Positions 42,001-57,000 of a stretch of DNA of 64,000 nt are shown one piece after another (within the stretch, counting starts at the first letter, position 1; the number at the start of each line of letters is the position of its first letter). The notes below the pieces were generated by a model. The model worked only from the letters and a program-made list of their open reading frames with translations. It searched no databases and had not been told where the DNA came from. Location: assembly GCF_006345805.1 (NCBI RefSeq), contig NC_042997.1, positions 190,960,001-191,024,000 of the forward strand. The letters are read 5' to 3'. This stretch comes from Octopus sinensis. Taxonomy: Eukaryota. The translations under genes and the position numbers were made by a program.

Positions 42001-45000
42001 TATTTAGACATTACAGATTGAAGAAGAACTAAAGAGAGAATACGAAGAGAAAGCCAAACTAACTCAACAATTAGCTGAGGAGAAACATAAAAGAGCGCTC
42101 GAGGCTTTAGCAGAGGAAAAATCTGGACTTGAACAAAATCAGAAAGAACTTGAAGATAAAGTTGGTTTAAAGATGTTTTTTACTTCTGTTTTGTGTTATT
42201 TCTGTTTTTTTTTTTTTATAATATGGAGGATAAAAGGAGTCTAATTAGCAAAAAGGTGGTACAGCATTGGATTAAATGTTTTATAGTATGTAGTTTTATC
42301 TATGTTCAAAGTCCTGTGGTTGAAGGTTAACTTTACTTTCTGAGGTCGATAAAATAAGTGCTAGGGTTATGTTTCACTTATGATTCAGTCCGTGTAGCTT
42401 TCTCTGTAAATTGGTCTAAGAATTTATATGTTGATGATGATGATGATTTTAATATATAGCATATAAATATGACTTCTAAAGATTACTCTAAACTTAATCT
42501 TCAAATTTCTGGTAATCTTTCTCTTTTACTTTCTTCAAGTCATTTGACTGCGGCCATGCTGGAACACCACCTTTAGTTGAGCAAATCGACCCCAGGACTT
42601 ATTCTTTGGAAGCCTAGTACTTATTCTATTGGTCTCTTTTGCCGAACCACTAAGTTACAGGGATGTAAAAACACCACCATCAGTGTTGAAGGACAAACAC
42701 AGACACATAAACATACACACACATACATATATATATATATACATATATACACGTAAAAACACCCACTACACTCGCGGAGTGGTTGGCGTTAGGAAGGGCA
42801 TCCAGCCGTAGAAACACTGCCAGATCTGACTGGGCCTGACGAAGCCTTCCAGCTTCACAGACCCCAGTTGACCCGTCCAACCCATGCTAGCATGGAAAGC
42901 GGACGCTAAACGATGATGATGATGATGATGATGATACAACGGGCTTCTTTCAGTTTCTGTCTACCAAATCCACTCACAAGGCTTTGGTTGGCCCGAGGCT
43001 ATAGTAGAAGACACTTGCCCAAGGTGCCACGCAGTGGGAATGAACCCGGAATCATGTGGTTGGTAAGTAAGCTACTTACCACACAGCCACTCCTGCGCCT
43101 AATCTTGCATACTCTTTTACTCTTTTACTTGTTTCAGCCATCCGGCTGAGGCCATGCTGGGGCACCGCCCTTGAAAAATTATAATATGCACAATATTATA
43201 ATATAGAAAAATTATAATATGCACAATAAAAACTGTTTTATATAGAATCAATTAATCTTTTAGAGGTTAATGTAGTTTCATAACACTGTGTAACAAAATT
43301 TTTCATTTTGTTTTTGTCTTTGGTCAGTAACTCTTTACTCTTTACTCTTTTACTTGTTTCAGTCATTTGACTGCGGCCATGCTGGAGCACCGCCTTTAGT
43401 CAAGCAAATCGACCCCAGGACTTATTCTTTGTAAGCCCAGTACTTATTCTATCGGTCTCTTTTGCCGAACCGCTAAGTGACGGGGACGTAAACACACCAG
43501 CATCGGTTGTCAAGCGATAGTGGGGGACAAACACAGACACACAAACACACACACACGCACACACACACACACACACACATATATATACGACAGGCTTCTT
43601 TCAGTTTCTGTCTACCAAATCCACTTACAAAGCATTGGTCGGCCCCGGGGCTATAGCAGAAGACACTTGCCCAAGATGCCACGCAGTGAACCCGGAACCA
43701 TGTGGTTGGTTAGCAAGCTACTTACCACACAGCCATTTCCTTTTTGCTTCTATCTAGAAATCGAATGAAGTGACTACTATTCCCTTCATACTTTGCTTTG
43801 TGACTGCACATCAATGTTTTGATCTAGTTTCCTTTAAATTTCAGATACATTCAGTGCTGAATTACTGAAACAGAAATGTTGTTATAGCAAATATTCTGTT
43901 CAAACCACAGTTGTTTGATCTTAACCACTTGAGCATGTCCCTTTGTGGTTGACAATATCATCATCATCATCATCATCATCGTTTAACGTCCGCTTTCCAT
44001 GCTAGCATGGGTTGGACGAATGACTGAGGGCTGACGAACCAGATGGCTGCACCAGGCTTCAATCTTGATCTGGCAGAGTTTCAACAGCTGGATGCCCTTC
44101 CTAAAGCCAACCACTCTGAGAGTGTAGTGGGTGCTTTTACGTGCCACCGGCACAGGGCCAGTCAGGCGGTACTGGCAATGGCTACACTCGAATCTTTTAC
44201 TCATGCCACTGGCACAGGTGCCAGTAAGGCGATGCTGGTAGCGATCATGCTCGAATGGTGTCTTTTATGTGCCACCCGCACGGAGGCCAGATAGCTGCTC
44301 TGGCAACAATCACGCTCAGAATATGTGCATCCCTAATCATGAGCAGGAGTAGTGGAGGAGCACCATAACCATGCATTGAGAGGGATTCTTTGGAGTTTGA
44401 ATAAATATAACAAAAGCAAAGTTTGAAGGAAATATTTAGCCATTTTTCATACTTTCTAGAGGTGACCAAATAGGAAATAACAGTTGCTACCCAAGGATAA
44501 AATTTCGTGTTACTAGAATTTAATGAATCATAGCTAAATTATTCTCATAAAAACTTTACAATCAGTGTGCCAGATCAGACTGGGCCTGGTGCAGCCTTCT
44601 GGCTTCCCAGACTCCAGTTGAACCGTCCAACCCATGCTAGCATGGAAAGCGGACACTAAATGATGATGATGATAATGATGATGAATCATTTCTAGTGAAA
44701 TAAGCGTGATACAATATTTTAGCTAGGTTAACTAAGGTAAGCAGAGGGATGTGCTGAGGAGATTTTAGATCACATTTGCAAGTAATGTAAAATAGTAGTC
44801 TAATAAAATTAGTGGTGATCTGTGTTAATGAAAATCAGTTCCATAATGATTGCAAAATGGAATAACAAACTTGTGTTTCATAAGAAGTGAATGTTAATAT
44901 TTCAGGAGACAAGGGACCTTCCATGAAATGCTATAATTTTCTTCTCATGAAAAATAATGAAAAGAATAATTTTGTAAGAATTTAATCAACAAATGAGTAA

Positions 45001-48000
45001 CATTCTTTTTCCCTTTCTTTCTTTCAGATTGCAAACCAAAAAGCTGTTGCAGCTGAGAGAGAAAATACCTTAACAAAATTAAATGAGCAACTTGAACAAC
45101 TTCTTGGTTGGAAAGAAAAGGTAGTCTTCTACATCAATCATCCAGCTTTTAATTTTATAAGCACCTTTTACCTCATAAGATTTTGTTGTTATTTTTTTTT
45201 TTATCTTTCAATATTGTATGAGAAAGAATCATATACAAGTTAATAAGGTAAGAAGCAGAGATGACCATCACCTTTGCAAGCTCGCTCAGACTGGTGAGAA
45301 TGCTGTTGATGTTTGTTTGTTTGTTTGTTGAGTGAAGCGGTCTTCGTGTCTGGGAGAAATCCAAAACGTGGTCCTTTGCTATTCGTAAGACCCACAGAAG
45401 AGAAAGCAGGTCAACCCCCGACACCGAGAACATCAACGGATGGATGAATGCGCATCCAGGCTCAGCGGTTGCATAGGAAGTCGGGGACAAGAAACAGGAA
45501 GAAAGAGTGAGAGAAAGTTGGAGTGAAAGAGTACAACAGGGATCGCCATCGCCCCCTGCCGGAGCCTCGTGGAGCTTTAGGTGTTTTCGCTCAATAAACA
45601 CACACAACGCCCGGTCTGGGAATCAAAACTGCGATCCTCCGACTGCGAGTCCACTGCCCTAACCATTGGGCTATTGCGCCTCCACTGCTGTTGATGTTCA
45701 GTTTAAGCAATAATAGGTCAGTGTCTGCAGGAAAAACATAATGCAAAGAAGGAAATCCAGAGAATGGTAGCTCAAGGGAAGAAGGGTTGAGAAAAACATT
45801 TAATCTGGTAAACGGGAAGAATGAGAATTGCTGATCATTGCATGACATCCAGAACTTGTGTGTCAACTGGTCTCATGGCAGTCATTTGAAGGAAGAATCA
45901 ACAGAGAAAGAAAACGTCTAACCCGTGTGGACAACTTGCTTCAGGAATGGCAAATGTTGAATTAAGAACATGTGTGGGGGACCATGATGGATGGTGTGTT
46001 CATGTGAAGTCATTGAAATGTCCAGGAAGATGGCCAGACTAAACTAACTAAAGGAGCTGAGATACAGTGAGGATGATAGGAGGAAGAAAGATGTGAAGTG
46101 AGTGAGTATGTAAATAGCTAGGTAAGAAGAGCTGAAGCTATAAATCAATAGCTGTAGAAGAGACAGAGAGGAAATCCTGTATCTGTAACAAGCTGGCCTC
46201 TGTGCCGGTGGCACGTAAAAAGCACCATTTGAGCGTGATCATTACCTGCATCGCCTTACTGGCACTTGTGCTGGTGGCACGTGAAAAGAAACATTCGAGC
46301 GAGGTCGTTGCCAGTGCCACTGGACTGGCTCCTGTGCAGGTGGCACATAAAAAGCACCATTTGAGCGTGGCCGTTGCCAGTACCGCCTGACTGACCCTCA
46401 TGCTGGTGGCACGTAAAAGCACCCACTACACTCTCAGAGTGGTTGGCATTAGGAAGGGCATCCGGCTGTAGAAACTCTGCCAGATCAAGATTGGAGCCTG
46501 GTGCAGCCATCTGGTTCACCAGACCTCAGTCAAATCGTCCAACCCATGCTAGCAGGGAAAGCGGACCTTAAACAATGATGATGATTATGATGAGTGATTA
46601 AAGTATGCTGGTGAGTGAATGACCTTTTGGAAGTTGTTGAGATAGTCTGTGCTTTTGTACAGCTGCAGGTTTAGTCCCACTGTGTGACATCTTGAGTATC
46701 TTCTACTATAACCACAGACCAACCAAAACCTTGTAAGCAGATTTGGTTGGACTATAAGGGTGACTAGACTATAGCTTGTATGTATGTTTGTTCCCTTGAT
46801 TTGGCACCACACAACAGTTGTAAACAAGCATCACAGTCATATTAGGGGTGTCTTTTGCTTCCAGTCTTCTATGAAAACATGACCAACCATGGGGAAATAT
46901 TACTTTGCTTAGAAATAAATGAGAGTTGGCAACAGGAAGGGCATCTGGTCATACAAAAATCTGCTTCAATGATGGAAACATGAATATTAAAATTTCAAGG
47001 ATATGTATATACATAATTTATATGTTCATAAAGTTGAATCAGTCAGCTATTTGTATTGTTTTACATTTGTGATAAGTACATATTAAACTCTTTTTTTTTT
47101 TACTTTCAGTATGAGAAACTTCGTTCACAGGCATCTTCTATGAAGACAAAATATGAAGAAAGAATTCAAGAACTTCAAGAGGAAGCTGAACAATATCAAG
47201 ATCAAATAAACAATGCTAAAACAGCCAATAATGCAAATACAGATGTTTTTACTGAGGTAGGTTGATTTTAAGTGTAAAAATTTTCCAACAGTGGTACTAA
47301 GATGGTTGTTGTTCAGCTCCAGATAAACTGTGACTGAACAGCCCTTTAATCAAAGACATTCTAAACATGACCATTCTCTTTTTTATTTTAGATATGTGAC
47401 CATCCTTAATCTTTTACAGAGTAGGGTATGATTTAAGAAAGGTGGCGAGCTGGCAGAATCGTTAGTGCGCCGGACGAATGCTTGGCGGTATTTTGCCTGC
47501 CATTACGTTCTGAGTTCAGATTCTGCCGAGGTCGACTTTGCCTTTCATCCTTCCGGGGTCGATTAAATAAGTACCAGTTACGCACTGGGGTCGATATAAT
47601 TGACTTAATCCGTGTGTCTGTCCTTGTTTGTCCCCTCTGTGTTTAGCCCCTTGTGGGTAGTAAAGAAAAAGGGTATGATTTAAGGGATATTTGTCTGCTA
47701 CTTCTAGCAGGTAGTGCAATTCCAGAGCTTCCCTCCTCAGCTTGAGAAGTGTTCCTTCAGAGTTAGAAAATATTTCTGTCCCACAACAGCAATGTAGGAC
47801 TGCTCCCGCATATGGAAAACAAACATCCTGGACCACATTCAGGGAAAGCCCACTCATTCAATGGACACGCTCCTGCCTCTGGCCCACAGAAATGCTGTCG
47901 CTTCTCTCTGATTTTCTATCACTATTATTATGGCTTCTGCTCTTCAAAGCTGGCTGGTCTTGTACTTTCATAATTCAAGTACTGTGATGTTTTGAAGTGT

Positions 48001-51000
48001 TTGAGAGAGGACATTTGACAAAAGTGACTGGATCGGTGGACCGCAAAGGGTTGGATTTTTTAACCAAGCTCTCCTCACTCGTTAGTTTCTCACCATAAAA
48101 CAAAACGGTATCACTTCTGCACCCTCCCTGTTTGCCAGATTTAGCCCTTGCAGATTTCCATCTCTTCCCCAAGATGGAAATGCAGCTCAAACATCACCAC
48201 TTTAACACTGTTGTTGAGATCCAGAGCAAATCACAGAAGGTCCTCAACTTGCTTATGGAAAAGGACTTCCAGGCCAGATTCCAAAAGTGGCAAGAATGCC
48301 AGAACCAGTGTATTGCTGTGCAAGGTGATGATGTTAAAACTTGGGTAAACAAGTTATTTTTTTGTTAAACATAAGCCTGGGAATCTTTTGATACTACCTT
48401 GTGTATATATGTATATATATATACACATTAGAGATATAGGGTAAAGAATAATTAATTAATGATTAATAAATTTTACCAAGTTGTTTCTGTATGGAAAAAA
48501 CCATTATCGGTAAAAACTTACACAAAAAGTTTTTTTATATAATTATAAATATAATTAAGGGTTTAGCAACAGGTTATCACCACAAAACGAAAATTTAGAA
48601 ATAGTAGCCAAAAGACAGCTAATTCTGTAGTTAAAAGAATTAGCTGTCTTTTGGCTTCTATTTCTAAATTTTCGGTATGTGGTGAAGCAACTTGTTGCTA
48701 AACACTTAATTATATATGAGTGTGTATATATGCATGTATAAACACATGATAAATGTTTATTTTCAGGTGAAAAAGGTAATGAATGGTGTTTATCAGAGTG
48801 CACGGTCTGAACTAAAGGCTGAGGGAAGTTACAAAGGTTCAGAGGTCTTGTCTGTTTTACTTCATATTATTAAGGTAATAACCTTCATTTCTCTCCCCCC
48901 CCCAACTCTCTCACATATTGCCTTTTGTTTTGATGCATTTGAGTTTTTAACATTGTAACCAGGCTCCAGAATTGTATCAATCAGATTGGTTTTTTTGTAT
49001 CCAGGTGTAGGTCAGTGACTAGTATGGGTGTGCAGACCACACAGAACAACCACTTTATACATTTGTGTTCATTGTAGTCAAAAAGATGTTACAATTAAGG
49101 AAGTTCACGGCCAGTTTGTCTACCACACAGAGTGGCCAAAACCCATGCTGTGCCACTAGCATAACATTGCATTCAGAAAGTTTAATGGATAACTAGAAGT
49201 AGCAAAAGTGGTGCAGTAAGCCTACCCAATATCAACATAGAGACTTAGCATTAGATAGTATATTTCTTATAGTCTAAATTTCTTTCAGAGGACCACAGCT
49301 CTTTAACATCTTCCCTAAATGCCTGAGAGACTTGCATGGTGTGGATGTGGGTTTCTTTAAAACTAAACTGGATCTCTTCTTGTCGGGGATCCCAGATGAA
49401 CCTACCTCACGACAGGAGACACAGATGCAGGCAGCAGCATCGAACTCCCTTGTTGACCAAGTGCCACATATCAGAGGTGGATTCACATATTAGTGTAGCT
49501 CATTCAACGGTGGTGCCCCAGCATGGCCGTGGCCTTCGGGCTGAAACATTTTTAAGGATTTAAGGATATATGACTGATATTTATTTTATCAACCTTGAAG
49601 GACAAATATCAGACAGCTCTTGTGAGATTTGACTGTTGAACAGTGGACTACTGCACAGGATAGCATATAATATCTAAAGTACTTTCTGCTGTCTGTACTC
49701 TCGTTACTGTCTTACATTCATCATCATCATCCTCATCATTTAGCATCCATTTTCCATGCTAGCCTGTGTGAGACAGTTTGACTGGAGGTGGTAAGTGGGA
49801 GAGCTGCACAGAACTCAAGTCTGTTTTGGTTTGGCTTTTACAGCTGGATGCCCTTCGTAATGCCAACCACTCTACAGTGTACTATGTGCCTTTCACATGT
49901 CACCAGCATAGGTGCCTTTCACATGTCATTGGTACAAGTGCCTTTCACATGTCACCGGCATGGATGCTTTTCACAGGTCACCTACACAGGTGCCTTTCAC
50001 AAGTCACCAGCACGGGCCATGACATAGGCTATTTATGGTTAATGAAGAATTCAAATATCAACCAATTGTGGTCAAAGTTCCAAATCTTAAAAGCATGGTT
50101 TATTGAGTTCAAAGACCTAAGCATCCACATAAAGACCGAAGTAAGAGGGAGCCTAAGATCCTGATGCCAGTGGAGATGTTGTTTTCTTGACATGTAAGAA
50201 AGCCAGAAAAGGTGATGTGGGTTCTGCCTTTGTTAGACTATTGTAGATGCACAGGAGAAGTCAGCTATAAGATTATTCGTGAAATAAAACCCATGACTGT
50301 TCAGATAGTTCACTAGATGTAGCTGGTAGTTTCTGTTAGCTGACTATTCATGCTGGAGATGGTTCTGGTGAAAGGTTCGTAGCTACAATAATGAAGAGGT
50401 GGAAGAAATTTGGGGAACCATTGCTTCTATTGGCAATAAAATATGACATGCATAAGAAGTGATTTTGTATGATAGCAACACATTAGTACTAAATCTTTCC
50501 TGAAACTGGAGAGAAATAAGGTGTGTATTGGCTGCGTAACCTTAGCCTGCATGAAAAACAGCAAAATTAAGCTAAGAAAATGGCTGGACATTAAAATCAT
50601 CAATCAAAGTATGCAGAAGTGATGACTGTACTTTTATAGTTGATATATTTTGGGTAGAAAAAAGGTACTGTCTTCCCTTTTGTGGAAAATATTTGTAAAA
50701 GAGAAAAATGGATGACGAAGTGGTCGAATTAGATGCCAGGACATTGAGCCTTACAGAAGTAATGAAGAATTAACAAGATATTGGTGATATAGTATAGGGC
50801 AGGCTCATCTAACTTATGTTAGCGTGAGAGAAAAGTTGTAGAAACACTGCCAAATCAGACTGGAGCCTAGTGCAGCCTCCTGGCTTCCCAGACCCCGGTC
50901 GAACCGTCCAACCCGTGCTAGCTTGGAAAACGAACATTAAATGATGATGATGATTAAAATGTTAGTAATAATGTTTGATGAATGTTATTTTCAATTCTGG

Positions 51001-54000
51001 CCTACAGTCAACGACTCTAAATTTAGTAACTCAACCAGAACCACCTACAGATAACATGAACGAAGAGGCTGATGAAGGATCTCAAGAGATGACGGTAGCT
51101 GAACAACAAGATGAGAATGACAACAATGTTGAAATTTCAGAAAGTGAGGAGGACCAAGACCAGGTTCAGACTCCAGGTAAAGTCTCTTCTATTTTAATCA
51201 AGCAACGAACCAAGCTTCTGCCTCCCCTTTTTTAGTAAATTTTCTTCCGAAACACTTTTCTGTCAATGTCAACAACTAACAATAAGTTACCCCTTTGAAT
51301 TTACAAAACAATTAAAATAAATAGGGAGTCAAAAATGTGTAACAGAAATTAAATTTTGAATTTTTATATGTAAGCAAAAATTATAGCTGGCTTATACAGA
51401 AATTATATATGACCGACTAACTACTACTGAAATTTTAGTTTCCGTATTGGACTGATAGAGCAGGATCATCATTATGGTTTAGCATCTGTGTTCCATGCTG
51501 GCATGGGGCTGTTCACCAAGATCCATCTACCTTGATGGCTGCATTGGTCTTCAGTCTCTGCTTTGGTAAGATTTCCACAGCTGGATTCTCTTCCTAATGC
51601 CAACTACTTTACAGTATATTCTGAGAGCATTTTCCTTAGCACCAGCACTAATGGGGTCACCAAGTAATGCAAGGCAGGATCACTTCAGAGTTGGGGATGC
51701 ATGCAGTATTGAGTGGAGTGTCTTTATGTCAGATTTAGAGAAGCTAAAGTAGGAAAGCAAAATAGGAACATGGGTACCTCTGCAAAAAGAAAAAGGATGG
51801 TGGAGATAAGGTATCAGGGCATACCCTCAATGTACAAGATGGATAAAGAGAAATTTTCAAAATAATTAAATTAGATTCCATCTTACCAGATATTGGGTTC
51901 AATCCTATCTTATTTCTCATCCCCATCACTATCTTTTTATCTTTTAGTTGTTTCAGTCATTTAATAATAATAATAATAATAATAATAATGAAATTATTGT
52001 ATACAGTGCTCAGGTGCACCACAACTTGTCAAAAGTGCATATAAAGAATATGCAGTAATGTGCAAATGTCTGGAAAGTGAACAGTGTATGAGTCAGATAC
52101 ATGCTTGCGTGTGTATGGAGGGGAGAAAATCAGGTGTAGTGTTGGCGAATCTCAAGAAGCATGGAAGTTTTGAAGGATGCAGTGCTCCGACAACTAATAT
52201 CCGATGCCGGCAGTTTGTTCCATATTCAGCAACTCTTAGCATGAAAAAATGTTTCCGAAAGTCATGGGAGCTGTGCTGTTTTCTGACTTTGTAAACATGT
52301 CCACGGGTGTTAGACAGATGGAGTTTGAAAAGGTGCTCAAAGTTATTGTTAGTAAGAGTTTGAAAAGGTGCTCAGAGTTGAATACAGCCATGCTGGAGCA
52401 CTATCTTGAAGAACTCCTTTAGTCGAACAAGTTGACCCCCAAGATTTATTTTAAGCCTAGTACTTATTCTATCAGTCTCTTTTGCCAAACCGCTAAGTTA
52501 CAAGCACATAAACACACCAACACCAGTTGTCAAGCAGTGGTGAAGTAACAGACACAACAACGCAGACGCACACATGTTCACACACATACACATATAGATA
52601 CAATGGACTTCTTTCAGTTTCCATCTATCAAATCCACTCACTAGGCTTTGGTTGGCCCAAGGCTATTGTAGAAGACACCCAAACTTCCACACAGTGGGAC
52701 TGAACCCAGAACCATATGATTCAGAAGTAAGCTACTTTTATTCATTAAATTGGACATAGAGACCTTACAAAGAAAGAAAGTTGTGGGCTGGACAAGGACA
52801 TAATGAGATGAAATGATAGACGATATGATAATAATGAGGGTAACAGCAACGCCCACCAATTGCTGTTTACCCAAACACATTGTTCTTTATAAGTACCATA
52901 TTTGAGGCAATAAACCTCTTACACAAGTCAATTATAAAATCAATGAAACAATACAAATGAGACACCAAGCCTCTTACTTTAATTAGTTACAAATCTTCCT
53001 GCCCAACCAGACTTCTCACCTCAGTTAAACACCTGGACGGCGCCAAGTCAGGCCAATTTAGCATGAATCTGAAGGTATCTTTAGGGAAGGGGTTCAATAT
53101 CCTGAACAGGTCGTTCTCCCCCATGACATTCGCAGCTACCTGCAAAGGACAGTCAGGGTCCTCCGTGCAAGACAGAATCCCCTCCTTTCGGCCCTTCGTT
53201 TTAAGCTTCTTAACAAAGCCCTCCAATTTCCCTCCCTTGTGGAAGAGAACCAGAAGTAAGCTACTTACCACACAGTCATACCTGCACCTATGTCTGAAGT
53301 AGCAACATTTAATTTGCTCTGTGACTTTTTTTCCTTCTGATTGTGAACAGATACCATACAAACATATATTTTACTGTTTGTAAAATATGGATGGCACGTA
53401 AAAGCACCATCCGTTCGTGTCCGTTGCCAGCCTCGGCTGGCCCCCGTGCCGGTGACACGTAAAAGCACCATCCGTTCGTGTCCGTTGCCAGCCTCGGCTG
53501 GCCCCCGTGTCGGTGACACATAAAAGCACCATCCGCTCGTGTCCGTTGCCAGCCTCGCCTGGCCCCCGTGCCGGTGACACGTAAAAGCACCATCCGTTCG
53601 TGGCCGTTGTGCCAGCTCTGTCTGGCACCTGTGCAGGTGGCACGTAAAAAACACCCACTACACTTGCGGAGTGGTTGGCGTTAGGAAGGGCATCCAGCCG
53701 TAGAAACACTGCCAAATCTGACTGGGCCTGAAGCCTTCCGGCTTCACAGACCCCAGTTGAACCGTCCAACCCATGCTAGCATGGAAAACGGACGCTAAAT
53801 GATGATGATGATGATGATGATGATGATGTAAGCACAAGAACTCTGATTTCCAAATTTCTCATTAGTATGTAGTGAAGGTTCCAATCTCATGACCAGAATT
53901 AGATTCATGGCCAAAAACAATAGATCATAGTGATTAATTAATTGTCTGGACAAGATTTCTTTGGTAACCTTTTAATTTGACTATTACAATTTCTTCACTT

Positions 54001-57000
54001 AGCTCCCATTTTGCTTTTATTGTCGTGAGTTCATCCTTTCTTAGTCAGCAGTCATCTTAGTAACATGTGATGCTTCATATTCTGAGTTGACTTATTGAGT
54101 TCATTCAATAAAATCAATCAAGCAGCAAGCTGTCTCATACCATATCTAATTTATGTTATTCTTTTTTTTTTTTACCTGTATAGTATAAAGTCTATATATA
54201 TATCAAGCCAGCAACAGAACCTCTGCATGGTCAAACATTATGTTAGAAATAGCAACCAAGTCACGCTCCAATCTCTTTAAAAGAAAAAGGACATATATTG
54301 GATAGTATAGTCCTGGGTGTACTGTGCATACAGAAAAAGATAGGATGGTTGTGATTGGAATACCTTTAATCACAGGTACCAAACAACTGCATCCCTTATA
54401 TGTAAATTATACAACTTACCAATTTTTTTAACTTTCACTTTTCCATACTTGCATTAGATCAGTCGAAATTTGTTGAAGCAGATTTTCTACACCCAAAAGG
54501 CCTTCCTGTTGTCAACCCTCATCTGTTTTCAAGCAAGTTAATATTTACCCCCATGGCTAAACATGTCTTGTATGGAGGACTGAAATAAACAACATCACTT
54601 GTATGACAGTGATGTTCACTTTCAATCATCACATGATGTCAAGGACATAGGTACACACATATAATAGGCTTCGTTCAGCTACCATCTTCCTAATTTTCCT
54701 CATGCTTTGGGCAGTGCAGTGTTATAGTAAAAAACACTTGTCAAAGGTGCCCTGTAGTGGGATTGAAACCAGAAAGTACATGGTTAGCAAACAAGCTTCT
54801 TAACCACACAGCCACTCTACATATAAGTGAAAGTATAAAATATTACTTCAAAAGACTTAAACCACTGGTTTTCAATGACCACTACAGCAAAGTACAAATT
54901 AAAGTATCCTAAACCTGATCTTTTATTTTGAACTTGATTCTTATTACTATTTTAGTCTTTTACATTAGTGATTAAGTTAGTAGAGTTCTTGCAGTGTTTA
55001 TGGTAGGCTTTACTTTATGTAAAGAGAAATACCTATGCTGTTCACAGATTACAACATCATCATCATCATCATCATCATCATCGTTTAACGTCCGCTTTCC
55101 ATGCTGGCATGGGTTGGACGATTATTTTGACTGAGGGCTAGCGAACCAGATGGCTGCGCCAGGCTTCAATCTTGATCTGGCAGAGTTTCTACATCTGGAT
55201 GCCCTTCCTAACGCCAACTACTCTGAGAGTGTAGCGGGTGCTTTTACGTGCCACCGGCACGAGGGCCAGTCTGGCGGTACTTGGCAACGGCCACGCTCAA
55301 ATGGTGTTTTTTACGACCTCGCTCGAATCTTTTACACATGCCACCGGCACAGGTGCCAGTAAGGTGATGCTGGTAACGGAGGCCAGATAGCCGCTCTGAC
55401 AACGATCATGCTCACATGGTGCTCTTAATACCCTACTAGCACAGGGCTCGAGTGCCAGTAAGGCGACACTGGTAACGATCATGCTCGAATGGTGCCTTTT
55501 AAGTGCCACTGGCACGGAAGCCATTTAGCTGCTCTGTTGATTATAATTTATTTTCACTGCTGTTGTTGGTAGGTAGTGCTTGTTTCTGGTGCATCCATAA
55601 TTGTAGGCAACACACACTGATCAAAGATCTTTCTTTTTTGGTCTTTGATCAGCGTGTGTTGCCTACCAACAAAAGTAGAAACAAAAAATATATGAGAAAA
55701 TCATTTCTATTTTTTCATCTTTTGTATTTGATAATCATGAAATCTGTGTTACATTGTATGCTGGATTAACAAAATAAATATCTAAGACAGATAATCTATC
55801 ATCCTTGAATAATATTGAAATGCTGGGTTGCTATTTCTTAGAAGTTTAAGGATAACATTTAAATAGATTTAGTGGATCTTTTCGGTTTGAACAGCAGTTT
55901 TTTTCTAGCGGTGTCATGAAATTGTCACCCATAATTATGACCCGAGTATCGATCTATTACATTTCAATCTGTTTTAGGGTTAGGGTTAGTTAAGGTTAGT
56001 TAGGATTAGTTAGGGGTGGGGGAAGGGTATCTTTTTTTTCTTCACAAATGTAAATAAACCCAATCTGTTTCTTAAACAAGGGACATATTCATACGGCACA
56101 GAATGTTTTTTACCTCAATAGACGTCAGTGATTGGTTGAAATTGCAGAAATTGAAGAAAAAAAACAACAAATATCAACTATAGAATTTTCTCAATAAAGC
56201 CAAGAGAAAAAGATGTTTTATAAACACATTCTACCAGTATACGAAGTTAAAAATTTTTTAGTTACCTAGAAATTATGTTAAAATCTGCCGTTCAAACTGA
56301 TAAGATCCGATTTAGTTGGGTTTCTTTATTTATTGTGTTATTCAAATATTTGAAAAATAATTTGTTTTACTTGAAATGTTATTGTCCAGAGACTTGTTGA
56401 GGAAGTCTGTAAACTAACAAAACATGAATTTTAGTGGGGAGGGATAGATTACAAAATGCAGATCAGTTATACAACTTTACCCTGTATGTTCCATTTTAAA
56501 AAAAAACGGATTTATCCTAATTTTTAGAAAACATTTCAAATAAGAAAAAAAGTCAAGTAGCTCTTGAGGACACAAGTGAACAGGATTCTTATGCAGATTC
56601 TAATATTGACAACAATAACTTGAAGGATAATCAAAGAAAATCCTCTACGGTCGATAATGAAAAGATGAGCAATGGTGTCAGTAATCAGGAATTAACTAAA
56701 AAATCAGAACCGGATGACAACGAAGAAGTCGATGTTAACAGCAATATTTCAACGGAAAAGCACGAACAATCAGATGAAGAGAAAATGATTAAAAGTGATG
56801 ATAAAACAGATCACATAGAAAGCAACAAGAAACAAGATGTGAAAATTGTTGATGGCCCTTCAGGTTACAATGATGGAGTAGCTCCAGTTATCACGTAAGG
56901 CTTTGTATGTACCTGTTAGCACGCAAAATCCTAACGCTGAGTCACCAAGATCTCTTCCCTTTTTCCTCTAATACTATTAACCTTTGCATGAGTGTTAGTA

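Noticed and set aside
47720-47990. GC-balanced 81-aa ORF in an intron
   Set aside because: No recognisable motif and no place in the phase-consistent gene model; likely a decayed repeat next to the mariner fragment.
53387-53660. CRISPR-like regularly spaced repeats
   Set aside because: The whole 61-bp unit is repeated with no unique spacers and no cas genes; it lies inside a eukaryotic retroposon.
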